A stretch of 64,000 bases of DNA from Eubacteriales bacterium (lineage in GTDB: Bacteria > Bacillota > Clostridia > Oscillospirales > CAG-272): contig JAZQFQ010000084.1 of the NCBI GenBank assembly GCA_045539595.1, forward strand, positions 26,316 to 90,315. The letters are read 5' to 3'. The notes beneath the pieces were generated by a model. The model was not told the DNA's origin. It ran no database searches and saw nothing but the letters and a program-made list of their open reading frames with translations. Below, in pieces: positions 43,110 to 52,742 of the stretch. The position numbers and the translations under genes were made by a program. Every line of letters begins with the position of its first letter. Positions within the stretch are counted from its first letter, which is position 1.

Positions 43110-45227
43110 TTAGTCGGAGTTTACATCAAAGTAGTAATCGAACACATCGCGCACCGCAAATCCTGCGTCCGTGCCGTTGGCCCCCTGCTCAATGACGCAG
43201 GTGACTACGATTTCCGGATTGTTAAAGGGCGCGAAGGCGGTGAAGATGGCGTTATCACTCTTGGTTTCCAGAACCTGTGCGGTACCGGTTTTACCGCCCA
43301 TTTCGATGGGGTAACCACGGAATACGCGGGCCGCGGAGCCGTTTTCCGTAACGCTCTTCATGGCGTTCAGCAGTACATCCCGTACGCCCTCGCCCAGGGT
43401 GATGCCGTCCATCTGCTGGGGGGTGAAGGTTTCCAGAACTTCCCCCGTATGGAAGGCTTCCACCTTGTGAAGAAGATGGGTCTTCATGCGGATGCCATTG
43501 TTGAGGATGGATGACATATACACGCTGATCTGCAGGGGAGTGAACGAGTTCTCCGCCTGTCCGATGGCGGCGGCCAGCGTGTCGCCGGGATTCCATGCGC
43601 CCAATCCCTTTTCGCTGCGGTAATCCGGCCCGGCAAGAATGCCGGTCTTCTCCGTCAGCTCGATGCCGGTGGGAACGCCCAGGCCGAAGGCCCGGTCGTA
43701 TTTGTTCATGGTCTCGATGGTCAGAAGACGGCCTACCTCGTAAAAGAAGTAGTTGCAGGATACCTGAATGGCCGTTGTCACATTGATGGGGCCATGGGTG
43801 GCGCCGGATTGGTTGTAGATCCAGCAGGCAGGGGTGTAGGTGGAGTAGTAGGTGTACTCGCCCTTATCGTGGATGATGGTTTTGGGAGTGATGATTCCCT
43901 CGGTCAGGGCAGCGGCGGCTACGCCGATCTTGAATGTGGATCCGGGGGCGTACAGTCCGCTCAGTGCCCGGTTGTACATCGGGGCATTTTCATCGCTGTT
44001 CAGCATGCTGTAATCCTGCTGGAAGGTGGCCAGGTTGTAGGTGGGATAGGAGGCCATGGCCAGCACCTCACCCGTGCGGCTGTCCAGGGCGGTCAGCGCA
44101 CCGGTTTTGGCATCCTCGCCGGAGAGGGGCTTGCCGGAGGCTACTGCTTTATCCACGATGTATTGGATGTTGTCCCGCAGAGCATCCTCGGCGGTGATCT
44201 GCATTTCGATATCAATGGTCAAGTATACGTTGGAGCCGGCCTTCGGTTCCTTGCTCACATACTGATCCACGATATTGCCATCCTTATCCTCCACGATGGT
44301 CAATACGCCGTCCTCGCCGTGGAGATAGGATTCAAAGGCTTCCTCGGCACCGCCGATGCCCACGATGGCATCCAGCGGATAGCCCAACTCCGTGAAATAG
44401 TCCTCGTATCCCTTCTGGATCTTGCCCAGCCGGCCGAGAATGTGGGAGGCGTAGCCGGGATAGGTGTACGCTCGGGAGGCGTTGGTGTAGGGGGCAATGC
44501 CGCGCACGCCGGATTCCTTCACACGGGTGAGCAGAGGCAGGGAAACATCGGTGAGCAAGGTGTAGGGGGTATAGGCGGAGAAATCGGACAGCTCCATATC
44601 CAGGCGAAGTGTCAGAAGAAGCTGTGCCGTATTTATGTCGTAATTCAGAATGGGATAGCCGTCGTCGTCTTTCTGCGTGATGCCGTAACGGGCGAGAAGC
44701 ACTGCGGCGGTATCCTCCGCGGAGGAGGCTTCATCGCATCCCAATTGTGTCACCAGACGGTAGAATTTATTCTTGCGGCTGGTGCTCTCAAAATAGGTGG
44801 AGTCGTATTCAAAATGCAGACTGGAGCCATCCGGCATGGGAAAGTATGTGAATGGGGAGGCGGGCAGGGTGAACGTATCCGCCTCGCCGGCTGCGGAGGC
44901 ATCGGAAAGTACGGAGAGGATGACTTCGTTTTTGTCCCTCTGGGCGTAAGGCATACTGCCGCCGTCCAGACGGATATTGTAGGTATACGCATTGACTACC
45001 AGCGGCACGCCGTTGCGGTCGTAGATTTCGCCCCGCTGGGCGTGGATAGTCTCATAGCGGTACGAATATTCGGAATCGGATTTGTCCGCATATGCATCCT
45101 GTCCCGCGATTTGATAGCGGATGAGGCGGCCGGTGTAGATTAAACAAATGATGACAAAGAACGCCGCCAGGGACAGGTAGCGAATGAAATAACCGCGTTT
45201 TTTGTTCAAACCGGTCTCCTTTCTCAA
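43110..45227 (-). CDS. mrdA: Penicillin-binding protein 2 (elongation transpeptidase)
   Basis: N-terminal TM; STFK, SCN and KTGTA motifs; lies downstream of mreBCD. Confidence 0.9.
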   Translation of the reverse strand: MRKETGLNKKRGYFIRYLSLAAFFVIICLIYTGRLIRYQIAGQDAYADKSDSEYSYRYETIHAQRGEIYDRNGVPLVVNAYTYNIRLDGGSMPYAQRDKNEVILSVLSDASAAGEADTFTLPASPFTYFPMPDGSSLHFEYDSTYFESTSRKNKFYRLVTQLGCDEASSAEDTAAVLLARYGITQKDDDGYPILNYDINTAQLLLTLRLDMELSDFSAYTPYTLLTDVSLPLLTRVKESGVRGIAPYTNASRAYTYPGYASHILGRLGKIQKGYEDYFTELGYPLDAIVGIGGAEEAFESYLHGEDGVLTIVEDKDGNIVDQYVSKEPKAGSNVYLTIDIEMQITAEDALRDNIQYIVDKAVASGKPLSGEDAKTGALTALDSRTGEVLAMASYPTYNLATFQQDYSMLNSDENAPMYNRALSGLYAPGSTFKIGVAAAALTEGIITPKTIIHDKGEYTYYSTYTPACWIYNQSGATHGPINVTTAIQVSCNYFFYEVGRLLTIETMNKYDRAFGLGVPTGIELTEKTGILAGPDYRSEKGLGAWNPGDTLAAAIGQAENSFTPLQISVYMSSILNNGIRMKTHLLHKVEAFHTGEVLETFTPQQMDGITLGEGVRDVLLNAMKSVTENGSAARVFRGYPIEMGGKTGTAQVLETKSDNAIFTAFAPFNNPEIVVTCVIEQGANGTDAGFAVRDVFDYYFDVNSD

Positions 45228-45901
45228 ATGGTTCCGACGCGCTCGGAACGGGATTTATGGAAGGGATGCAGTACCGTGCGGACCAGAATCTGCACGGGAA
45301 TGGACAAAAGCAAGGTGGATGCATATTCCGGCAGGACCACGGAGAGAAACAGCCCGGGAAGGCTGAAATCCGTTACCGTCATGGCCAGAAGCATCAGCGT
45401 CAGAATGGCCCGTCCGATGCCTGCTATGGCGGAATACAGGAAGCGCACCGGGGCGGAGTCGGTGAAATACAACTCCGTAGCCACGGGAGCAAAGTATCCC
45501 ACGGGCATATAGAGAAGGGGCAGAAGATGGATAGCTCCCCCGCCCAAGGCATCAATGATAAAAGCGGCGCACAGACCGATAAGACATCCCCATTTTTCGC
45601 CTTCCAGCATAGCGATGGCGATGACGGCGGATAACATCAGATCCGGTATGGCACCAAACGGACGAAAACGGGCAAGAAGTGTGGTCTGGAGAAGGGCCAG
45701 CAAAAGAAGCAAAGCCACGCACACCATGCCTTTTCCAATGAGAAATCCGTCCAGGTGAATCTGGGGGATACGGAGTGCCCGAATCAGAAAACGGTAGGTG
45801 CGGCGAAGAAACCGGATGACGGGATGGCGGCGCCGTCGTCTCCGGTTTTTAGTGGCGTTCTGCGCTGCCGCCGGTGCAGGATTATTCTGTAACTGTTTCA
45901 T
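45224..45901 (-). CDS. mreD: Rod shape-determining protein MreD (start uncertain)
   Basis: Polytopic, with GAIPDLMLSAVIAIAMLEG pattern. ATGA overlap with mrdA. The long form has an Arg-rich 58-aa N-terminal extension; the alternative ATG is at 45727. Confidence 0.75.
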   Translation of the reverse strand: MKQLQNNPAPAAAQNATKNRRRRRRHPVIRFLRRTYRFLIRALRIPQIHLDGFLIGKGMVCVALLLLLALLQTTLLARFRPFGAIPDLMLSAVIAIAMLEGEKWGCLIGLCAAFIIDALGGGAIHLLPLLYMPVGYFAPVATELYFTDSAPVRFLYSAIAGIGRAILTLMLLAMTVTDFSLPGLFLSVVLPEYASTLLLSIPVQILVRTVLHPFHKSRSERVGTI

Positions 45902-46721
45902 AGGACGTAATGATCATAACCCGATCCAGATCGGTCAGTGTGGCAGCAGGGCGGATGGTGGCAGTCAGCGTACGGCTGTACTCGTCGGGGATCACTTCGG
46001 TGACGTATCCGATGACCAGATCCCGGGGATAGATGCCGCCGGTACCGCTGGTGATGACCCGATCCCCTACGCGGACATCGGAATCGGCCGCCAGATAAGT
46101 GATGCGGCAAATGCCCTCCGCGGCCAGGGAGAAGTTCCCCTCCACCAATCCCAACTCACCGGTTCTTTCAATGCAGGCGCCAATGGAGGTAGAGGATTCG
46201 ATCAGCGTGCGCACCTTGGCCCAGGTGAGTCCTGCCTCGTAGATGTATCCCAGCACGCCGTCCGGGGTGACAACAGGCATGCCTTCGGCAATGCCGTGAG
46301 CGGTACCGCGGTCAATGGTGCAGACCGTCATATGGTTGGCGCTTTCCCGACCGGTGATGACGGCTTCCGCAAAGGTGAAGTCCGTGTGGGATCGCTTCAT
46401 CTCCAGAAAGGCGGTGAGCCACTGGTTCAGCTCCTCCGTCTTTTCCGCCTGATACAGGCGGTTGTTCAAGGCGGCGATTTCTTCTTTCAGATGGGCGTTT
46501 TCCTTTACCACATCGTCAAATTTGGTGAAATACGACGTGAATCCATCGATGGCATCCGTCACATAATTGAATGCCTTCTGCGCCGGCGTCATCAGGATGT
46601 TTACGGCACTGCGGACGTATCCGCCCTTTCCGGCCAGATTGAGAACGGTGGGTACCACCGTCAGAATCAGCATCAGGACAACGGCCAGAATAAAGAATTT
46701 GTTTTTGATGAATCGTTTCAT
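45882..46721 (-). CDS. mreC: Rod shape-determining protein MreC
   Basis: N-terminal TM, coiled coil (LKEEIAALNNRLYQAE), then beta-rich domains (VVTPDGVLGYI, VITSGTGGIYPRDLVIG). Confidence 0.9.
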   Translation of the reverse strand: MKRFIKNKFFILAVVLMLILTVVPTVLNLAGKGGYVRSAVNILMTPAQKAFNYVTDAIDGFTSYFTKFDDVVKENAHLKEEIAALNNRLYQAEKTEELNQWLTAFLEMKRSHTDFTFAEAVITGRESANHMTVCTIDRGTAHGIAEGMPVVTPDGVLGYIYEAGLTWAKVRTLIESSTSIGACIERTGELGLVEGNFSLAAEGICRITYLAADSDVRVGDRVITSGTGGIYPRDLVIGYVTEVIPDEYSRTLTATIRPAATLTDLDRVMIITSYETVTE

Positions 46722-46730
46722 ACGGCGGCC

Positions 46731-47738
46731 TTATCTGGTGCGGAAGGTGACGATACCGTTCAATTCGCCTACGCTGTCGATGACTTTGCCGATACCCATA
46801 GCCACACAGTCCAAGGGGTTTTTGGCAATGGTGGTGCGGATACCGGTCAACTGCTGGATCAGCATGTCCAAGCCGGCCAGAAGCGCACCGCCGCCGGCCA
46901 GCATAATGCCGTTGTCATAAATGTCGGAGGATAGCTCCGGCGGTGTGTTTTCCAACGTGGTGCGGATGCAGTCAATAATACGGGATACCTGCTCGGACAT
47001 AGCCTCCCGGATCTCCCCGGAGGTGACCGCCAACGTGGCGGGCAGACCGTTCAGCAGATTCCGTCCGCGGATGACCATGTTGCCCCGATCTGCCACGGAA
47101 ATGACACTGCCGATGTTCTTCTTCAGCATCTCGGCCGTCATTTCGCCAATCAACACATTGTGTTTGCGCTTCATATACGCAATGATGGCGTTGTCCAATT
47201 CATCACCGGCGGAGCGAAGGGAAGAGGACAGAACGATGCCGCCCAGGCTGGTGACAGCCACCTCGGTGGTACCGCCGCCGATATCTACAATCATACTGCC
47301 GCGGGCATCCGCTACTTTCAAACCGGCGCCGATGGCGGCAGCAATAGGCTCTTCAATCAGCGCCACAGACTGGGCACCGGCTTCCAGCGCCACGTCCTGC
47401 ACCGCGCGCTTTTCCACCTCCGTTACCCCGTAGGGGATGCAGATGATGACGCGGGGACGGCTGAAGATGGAAGGGCCCGCCACCTTGTTGTAGTAATGAT
47501 GGAGCATGGCGGCGGTGATATCGAATTCCGCGATAACGCCGTCCTTCAAAGGACGCATGGCGACGATGGAACCGGGGGTTTTGCCCAGCATCAACTTGGC
47601 TTCGTTGCCCACGGCCATAACCCGACGGGTGCGTGCCTCCACCGCAACAACAGAGGGCTCACGAAGCACAATGCCGCGGCCTTTCACATAGACGAGGGTA
47701 TTTGCCGTACCCAGATCAATACCAATGCTTTTTCCCAT
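46731..47738 (-). CDS. mreB: Rod shape-determining protein MreB
   Basis: IGIDLGTANTLVYVKGRGIVLREPSVVA and DIGGGTTEVAV actin-fold motifs. Confidence 0.97.
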   Translation of the reverse strand: MGKSIGIDLGTANTLVYVKGRGIVLREPSVVAVEARTRRVMAVGNEAKLMLGKTPGSIVAMRPLKDGVIAEFDITAAMLHHYYNKVAGPSIFSRPRVIICIPYGVTEVEKRAVQDVALEAGAQSVALIEEPIAAAIGAGLKVADARGSMIVDIGGGTTEVAVTSLGGIVLSSSLRSAGDELDNAIIAYMKRKHNVLIGEMTAEMLKKNIGSVISVADRGNMVIRGRNLLNGLPATLAVTSGEIREAMSEQVSRIIDCIRTTLENTPPELSSDIYDNGIMLAGGGALLAGLDMLIQQLTGIRTTIAKNPLDCVAMGIGKVIDSVGELNGIVTFRTR

Positions 47739-47783
47739 ATGTATTTCCCATCCGCTTGTGGAGCGGAATTCCTTTCGTACGGA

Positions 47784-48383
47784 TTATATAAGTGTGAATG
47801 CGAAATGTTTCTTCAGAATGCTGCCTACGCGGCAGACAGGAAGTCCTACAATGGTAAAGTAATCGCCTTCGATACCGGTGACAAAGAGGCCGGCTTTGCC
47901 CTGGATGCCGTACGCCCCGGCTTTATCCATAGGATCGCCTGTGGCGATGTAGGCATCGATCTCCTCGGGGAGAATGGGACGCATATGCACGGCGGCTTCC
48001 TCCACCGCGGTCACGGATTTCGTCCGGTTGGCAATCGTGATGCCGGTACAGACGGTGTGGCTTCGCCCGGAAAGACGGGACAGCATTTGCCGGGCTTCTT
48101 CCGTCGAGTGGGGTTTGCCCAGAATTTCTCCGTCCACAGCCACCACCGTGTCGGCGGCCAGGACGAGCGCATCTGTTTCCGGTGCCGCGGCCAGCGCCGC
48201 GGTCGCTTTCCGCATGGATAAAATGGCTACCGCACGGCGGGGATCGATGCGGGGCGGCAGGGATTCGTCTGCCTGCGGTACGCGGACGATGTGAGGAATG
48301 CCTGCCACCGTGAGCAGTTCATGCCGGCGGGGGGATCCCGAGGCAAGAATCAGCGTCGGATGTGTGAATGGTGTATGATTCAT
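47784..48383 (-). CDS. maf: Maf family nucleoside triphosphate pyrophosphatase
   Basis: LILASGSPRRHELL and AGAYGIQG motifs; ATGA overlap with the upstream gene. Confidence 0.9.
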   Translation of the reverse strand: MNHTPFTHPTLILASGSPRRHELLTVAGIPHIVRVPQADESLPPRIDPRRAVAILSMRKATAALAAAPETDALVLAADTVVAVDGEILGKPHSTEEARQMLSRLSGRSHTVCTGITIANRTKSVTAVEEAAVHMRPILPEEIDAYIATGDPMDKAGAYGIQGKAGLFVTGIEGDYFTIVGLPVCRVGSILKKHFAFTLI

Positions 48384-48634
48384 TTTTTCGCGATCAGCCC
48401 TCCGAGCCATACGGACAGCACAATGCACACAATGACGGCGATATTCAGATTCAGCGACAGGCCGAAGGTGATATCGATCACGTGCAGATTAAGGGCGGAG
48501 GTGGGGATGCCGAAGGACATACCGTAGGCCAACCAGGACAGCATGGGGATCTTGGCGCACATATCGGCGGCCAGTGTTCCCACCACGATGCCCACGCAAA
48601 CAAGGAACAGGTTCAACCAGAAATTACGTCTCAT
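48380..48634 (-). CDS. DUF4321-like small membrane protein
   Basis: GAGGTG RBS before ATG 48634. Two TM helices. Conserved position between dut and maf. Confidence 0.65.
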   Translation of the reverse strand: MRRNFWLNLFLVCVGIVVGTLAADMCAKIPMLSWLAYGMSFGIPTSALNLHVIDITFGLSLNLNIAVIVCIVLSVWLGGLIAKK

Positions 48635-48645
48635 AATATTGCACC

Positions 48646-49098
48646 TCACATTTTTCCTGTGGAGCCGAATCCGCCCGCGCCCCGCTCCGTGTCATCCAGT
48701 GTGTCGGTCACGGTGAAAGCGGCGGCCAGGCAGGGCATAAACATCAGCTGGGCGATCCGCTCGCCGGGCTGCACGGTATAGTCGGAGGGACCGTCGTTGC
48801 GCAGGCCCACGCAAATCTCGCCGCGGTAGTCGGAGTCGATGACACCGATGCCGTTGACCAGAGAAAGCCCGTGCTTGAAGGCCAGTCCCGAGCGGGCGCA
48901 GACGATGGCTACCACGTCCTTACGCTCCATGGCGATGGCGATGCCGGTAGGGATGGACGCGCTGCCGCCCCGGGGAATGGTAACAGGGGCATCGATGGCG
49001 GCCGTCAGATCGCAGGCGGCGGAGCCGTCGGTGGCATACCGGGGCACGGATGCGCCGGGACGGGTGAGGCGAATTTGTACGCCCAATGTTTCAGACAT
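48646..49098 (-). CDS. dut: dUTP diphosphatase
   Basis: YATDGSAACDL, GVIDSDYRGEI and ERGAGGFGSTG motifs. Confidence 0.95.
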   Translation of the reverse strand: MSETLGVQIRLTRPGASVPRYATDGSAACDLTAAIDAPVTIPRGGSASIPTGIAIAMERKDVVAIVCARSGLAFKHGLSLVNGIGVIDSDYRGEICVGLRNDGPSDYTVQPGERIAQLMFMPCLAAAFTVTDTLDDTERGAGGFGSTGKM

Positions 49099-49123
49099 AA
49101 GGGTTCCTCCGGTGTCAAGAGTA

Positions 49124-51181
49124 TTATTTCAATCGCCGTACCGCCGAGGGACCCTCGGGCGGCAGGCCGTTTTTGTAGGCGTGGATCACTTGCTTCACTT
49201 CCGCTTTGGTTTCCACGGAGAAGATGAAATGGAGGGTCGACACGCCGCAGGACAGCAGTGTGTCCATCCGATCGGCCATATACAAAGGCACGCTGTTGTA
49301 CAAAACATTGGAGCAGTCGTACATACCGAGCAGGGGGAAGGACGCGCCGGTGCGATCGGTCAAGGCCGAGCGGCAGATAAAGTTTTTCTCAATAAAATCG
49401 GTGAAGCCACCGTTGCCGCGGGTGCGGCAGTGCTCCCCGCCATCGGAGATGGCGCAGCGCATCATCAGCATCAGGGGCAGCCGTCCGTAAGCGATCACGG
49501 CTTTACTGGCACGGATGGCCCGCACGGCACCCAGGGGAATCTCCGGCGTGATGGTAACGGTATCCGCGCCCATGGCGCATACCGCTTCCGCACAGGGGGT
49601 GTTCCACACATTCATGCGCATGGAGGCAAAGACGGGGATGCCCAATTCTTTGGCCATGGCGATCTGGGAGGGGGTGTGAGCCAGCACCGATTTCGGCGAT
49701 GTGACAGACAAGGTGGCCGCCAACTGAGTGGTGGTAATATCCGGCGCATAGGGAACCATGTCCAACGAGTAATCCCGGGCATAGCACTCCGGCGGCAGAT
49801 AGATTTCCTCAAAGAATTCCTCCGCCTCGGCGGGGATCTGATCGGCGGTGAGGAACTGGGCTGTATATCGCACCTTTGCCGGCATCACCGGGGGCGTCTT
49901 TTCGGGAAGTACCACCGGCGTCGCTGTACGGACGGGCGGTGCGTTCCACTCCGCCAGGGCGCGGCGGCGCAGATCGTTCAGAGCGGCGGGGGTAAAGAAC
50001 AGCCCGTCGTCGATATCCGCCGTAAAGGATGCCAGCGCATAGGGCGTGCCGCCCAATTTACCGATGTTCTTTTTGGCGGAAGCTTCATCCAGTGCGGCGG
50101 TGCGCGCCGCATCGGGAACGGGTCCCGTGACGGTCACGGCCCGCTCACCGGCAGAAACGGTGAGGGAAGCGGGTGCGCCCTCTTTCACGGTCAGAGCGGC
50201 GTGAAGAGGGATTTTCTTTGCCAGTCCCGGGAATGGGGGAGCCTGGCGGCTCATGGCCGTATCGTCCTCCCTACGTACGCCCAGCATGGAGCGGTATTTC
50301 TCGCTGAAATAGCCGTCGCTGAAACCATCCCGGCTGAACAGAGCGGCCAGCGAGGCGATGTCGTCCCCTGTGGCATCCCGCCGTTCGTCCAGCAGGGTGC
50401 GATACATTTTTGTTACGCCGTATACATAATCTGAGGATTTCTGCCGTCCCTCAATTTTCAGGGAAGTAACGCCGGAGAGCATGATCTCTCGTATATGGGA
50501 TGCCAGACACATGTCCTTCAGACTGAGCGGATACTCGGCGGGGTTATCCGCCGTACCGCAGATCTTGTATGGCAGACGGCAGGGCTGGGCACATTCGCCC
50601 CGGTTGCCGCTGCGGCCGCCCATAGCGTAGCTGAGCATGCACTGTCCCGAGTAGGATACGCAGTGTGCCCCGTGGATGAACATTTCAATCTCCAGGGGAG
50701 AGTGGGAGCAGAGCAGGGAAATCTGCCGGAGGGACAATTCCCGCGGGCACACCATGCGGGTGAATCCCAACCGGGCCAACTGAGCCGCATCGGCGGAGGA
50801 ACAGCCGGAAAGCTGTGTGCTGGCGTGCAGTTCCATATCGGGAAAGTGCTCCCGCACCAGCGAGGCCACGCCCAGATCGGCTACGATGAGGGCATCCGCC
50901 CCCGCTGTGTACAGATGGGATATGGTATCCATGACCTCCGCCATTTCCGTATCCCGCACGCGGATGTTGACGGTAATATAGGAACGAACGCCGTAGGCGC
51001 GGCACAGCGCGATGGCATCCGCGATTTCGTTTTCGTCAAAGTTTTTGGCACGCATCCGCGCGCTGAATTTGACGGAGCCGAAATAAACCGCGTCGGCGCC
51101 GCCCTCAATGGCGGCGGCCAGTGCCTCCGGTGAGCCGGCGGGGGCGAGCAGTTCGGGGGGGAATTTTCTTGCTTGCGTCAT
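49124..51181 (-). CDS. U32 family peptidase (long two-domain form)
   Basis: ELLAPAGSPEALAAAIEGGADAVYFG and EMFIHGAHCVSYSGQC patterns. Confidence 0.85.
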   Translation of the reverse strand: MTQARKFPPELLAPAGSPEALAAAIEGGADAVYFGSVKFSARMRAKNFDENEIADAIALCRAYGVRSYITVNIRVRDTEMAEVMDTISHLYTAGADALIVADLGVASLVREHFPDMELHASTQLSGCSSADAAQLARLGFTRMVCPRELSLRQISLLCSHSPLEIEMFIHGAHCVSYSGQCMLSYAMGGRSGNRGECAQPCRLPYKICGTADNPAEYPLSLKDMCLASHIREIMLSGVTSLKIEGRQKSSDYVYGVTKMYRTLLDERRDATGDDIASLAALFSRDGFSDGYFSEKYRSMLGVRREDDTAMSRQAPPFPGLAKKIPLHAALTVKEGAPASLTVSAGERAVTVTGPVPDAARTAALDEASAKKNIGKLGGTPYALASFTADIDDGLFFTPAALNDLRRRALAEWNAPPVRTATPVVLPEKTPPVMPAKVRYTAQFLTADQIPAEAEEFFEEIYLPPECYARDYSLDMVPYAPDITTTQLAATLSVTSPKSVLAHTPSQIAMAKELGIPVFASMRMNVWNTPCAEAVCAMGADTVTITPEIPLGAVRAIRASKAVIAYGRLPLMLMMRCAISDGGEHCRTRGNGGFTDFIEKNFICRSALTDRTGASFPLLGMYDCSNVLYNSVPLYMADRMDTLLSCGVSTLHFIFSVETKAEVKQVIHAYKNGLPPEGPSAVRRLK

Positions 51182-51193
51182 GTGCGATTTCCT

Positions 51194-51754
51194 TTATTGT
51201 GCATCACTTCCGCCGCGGCGGAGCAGGCTTTCGATTTCTTTCAATTTGCCCTCGCGGGTGGCGGGGGAAGTCCCATCGGCGGGAGCGGTCTTTTCCGTGC
51301 CGGGGCGAAGCAGATTCTCAATCTCGCGGACCTTGTCCGCAGATGCGCTCTGCACATCGGAAATGGAAAGCTGTTCCGTACGGCGGGGGGATTTGGCCGC
51401 TTTTGTCGTCGGGGCAGGTGTTTCCTCCTCGGCCTTTGGCTCCTCTGCCTTTTCCGCGGGAGCGGCGGCACGCAGCTGTTCCGCCTCCTCTTTCAGGCGG
51501 CGGATATTGGCTTCGTAGAGGGAAATCTGAGCTTCCAGATTCTTGATTTTTTTGTCGGCCTTGGTTTTCTCAGAGTAGAAATCCAGCGCGCACAGAATGG
51601 CGGCATCCAGCTTGGAGCAGCGCTTGTTTTTCACCGTCATATCCCGGATCAGAGAATCCAGCTGTGCGACTGTGGACGCAACAAAATCCTCCGGCTCATC
51701 CGACAGGATTGTGAGTTGAATATCGGCGATTTCAATGTTGTAACGTTCTTTCAT
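51194..51754 (-). CDS. zapA: Cell division protein ZapA with extended charged C-terminal tail
   Basis: GGGAGA RBS before ATG 51754. YNIEIADIQLTILSDEPEDFV...LDAAILCALD ZapA core. The tail carries repeats KVREIENLLRPG and KLKEIESLLRRG. Confidence 0.75.
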   Translation of the reverse strand: MKERYNIEIADIQLTILSDEPEDFVASTVAQLDSLIRDMTVKNKRCSKLDAAILCALDFYSEKTKADKKIKNLEAQISLYEANIRRLKEEAEQLRAAAPAEKAEEPKAEEETPAPTTKAAKSPRRTEQLSISDVQSASADKVREIENLLRPGTEKTAPADGTSPATREGKLKEIESLLRRGGSDAQ

Positions 51755-51935
51755 AACGTTTTCTCCCATTCTGTACTCAGTCAATTTTCCGCATGCACTT
51801 GATTTATTGACAAAAGATATGTATAATTATGTGTATTCTACACTTCGCATAAAAGTATACAGTATAATTATAATCGATTGCGGCGGAGAAAGAAATACAT
51901 TTTTCGAAATTTTTTGTGAAATCGGGTGCTTTTTG

Positions 51936-52742
51936 ATGACAAATATGGAATATTCGGTGAAACATAAACGGATCGTCGTGAAAATCGGCACATCCACTCT
52001 GACCTATGCCACGGGCAAGCTGAATATCCGCCGGATCGAAACGCTGGTGCGGGTCTTGTCCGATATGCGGAACGCCGGTCTGGAGGTGGTGCTGGTGTCC
52101 TCCGGTGCGGTGTCGGCAGGCACCAGCCGTCTGGGGCTGGAGATCACCAAGCGGACCATCGAGGAGAAGCAGGCCCTGGCCGCGGTGGGACAGTGCGAGA
52201 TCATGCGTCTGTACGAGCGTTTGTTTGCTACATATGGCCACACCGTGGGCCAGATTCTCATCACCAAGGACGTGGTGGATAACGAAAACCGCTTCGCTCT
52301 GGCCAAATCCACCTTCGCCCGCCTCATCGATTTCGGATGTATCCCGATCGTCAACGAAAACGACTCCGTTTCCTTTGAGGGAATCAAATTCGGCGGAAAC
52401 GATACGCTGTCCGCCTATGTTGCCATCATTTGCGAGGCGGATCTGCTCATCAACCTCAGCGATATCGACGGTCTGTACGACAGCGATCCCCGCAAAAACA
52501 AAAATGCCCGCCTCATTGAGCACGTGGCGGAGATCGACGACTCCATTCTGGCCTGCGCCGGCGGCGTGGGCTCCGATCGGGGTACGGGCGGTATGCTGAC
52601 CAAACTGAAAGCGGCGCAGATCGCCACCGCTGCAGGCATTCCCATGCAGATCCTCAACGGACGGGATCCCCGGGTTCTGCATCGGGTGATCGAGGGCGAG
52701 CATGTGGGCACCTATTTTGCCGCAAAGGGGGAGAACGCATAA
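51936..52742 (+). CDS. proB: Glutamate 5-kinase (short form without PUA domain)
   Basis: KRIVVKIGTSTLT, VLVSSGAVSAG and NENDSV motifs. Start is ambiguous (ATG at 51936 or 51945). Confidence 0.9.
   Translation: MTNMEYSVKHKRIVVKIGTSTLTYATGKLNIRRIETLVRVLSDMRNAGLEVVLVSSGAVSAGTSRLGLEITKRTIEEKQALAAVGQCEIMRLYERLFATYGHTVGQILITKDVVDNENRFALAKSTFARLIDFGCIPIVNENDSVSFEGIKFGGNDTLSAYVAIICEADLLINLSDIDGLYDSDPRKNKNARLIEHVAEIDDSILACAGGVGSDRGTGGMLTKLKAAQIATAAGIPMQILNGRDPRVLHRVIEGEHVGTYFAAKGENA

Noticed and set aside
51785-51935. T-box or other riboswitch leader upstream of proBA
   Set aside because: The intergenic region is only about 150 nt and AT-rich. It has no specifier, antiterminator or T-box sequence that I could recognise, and it is too short for a T-box leader.
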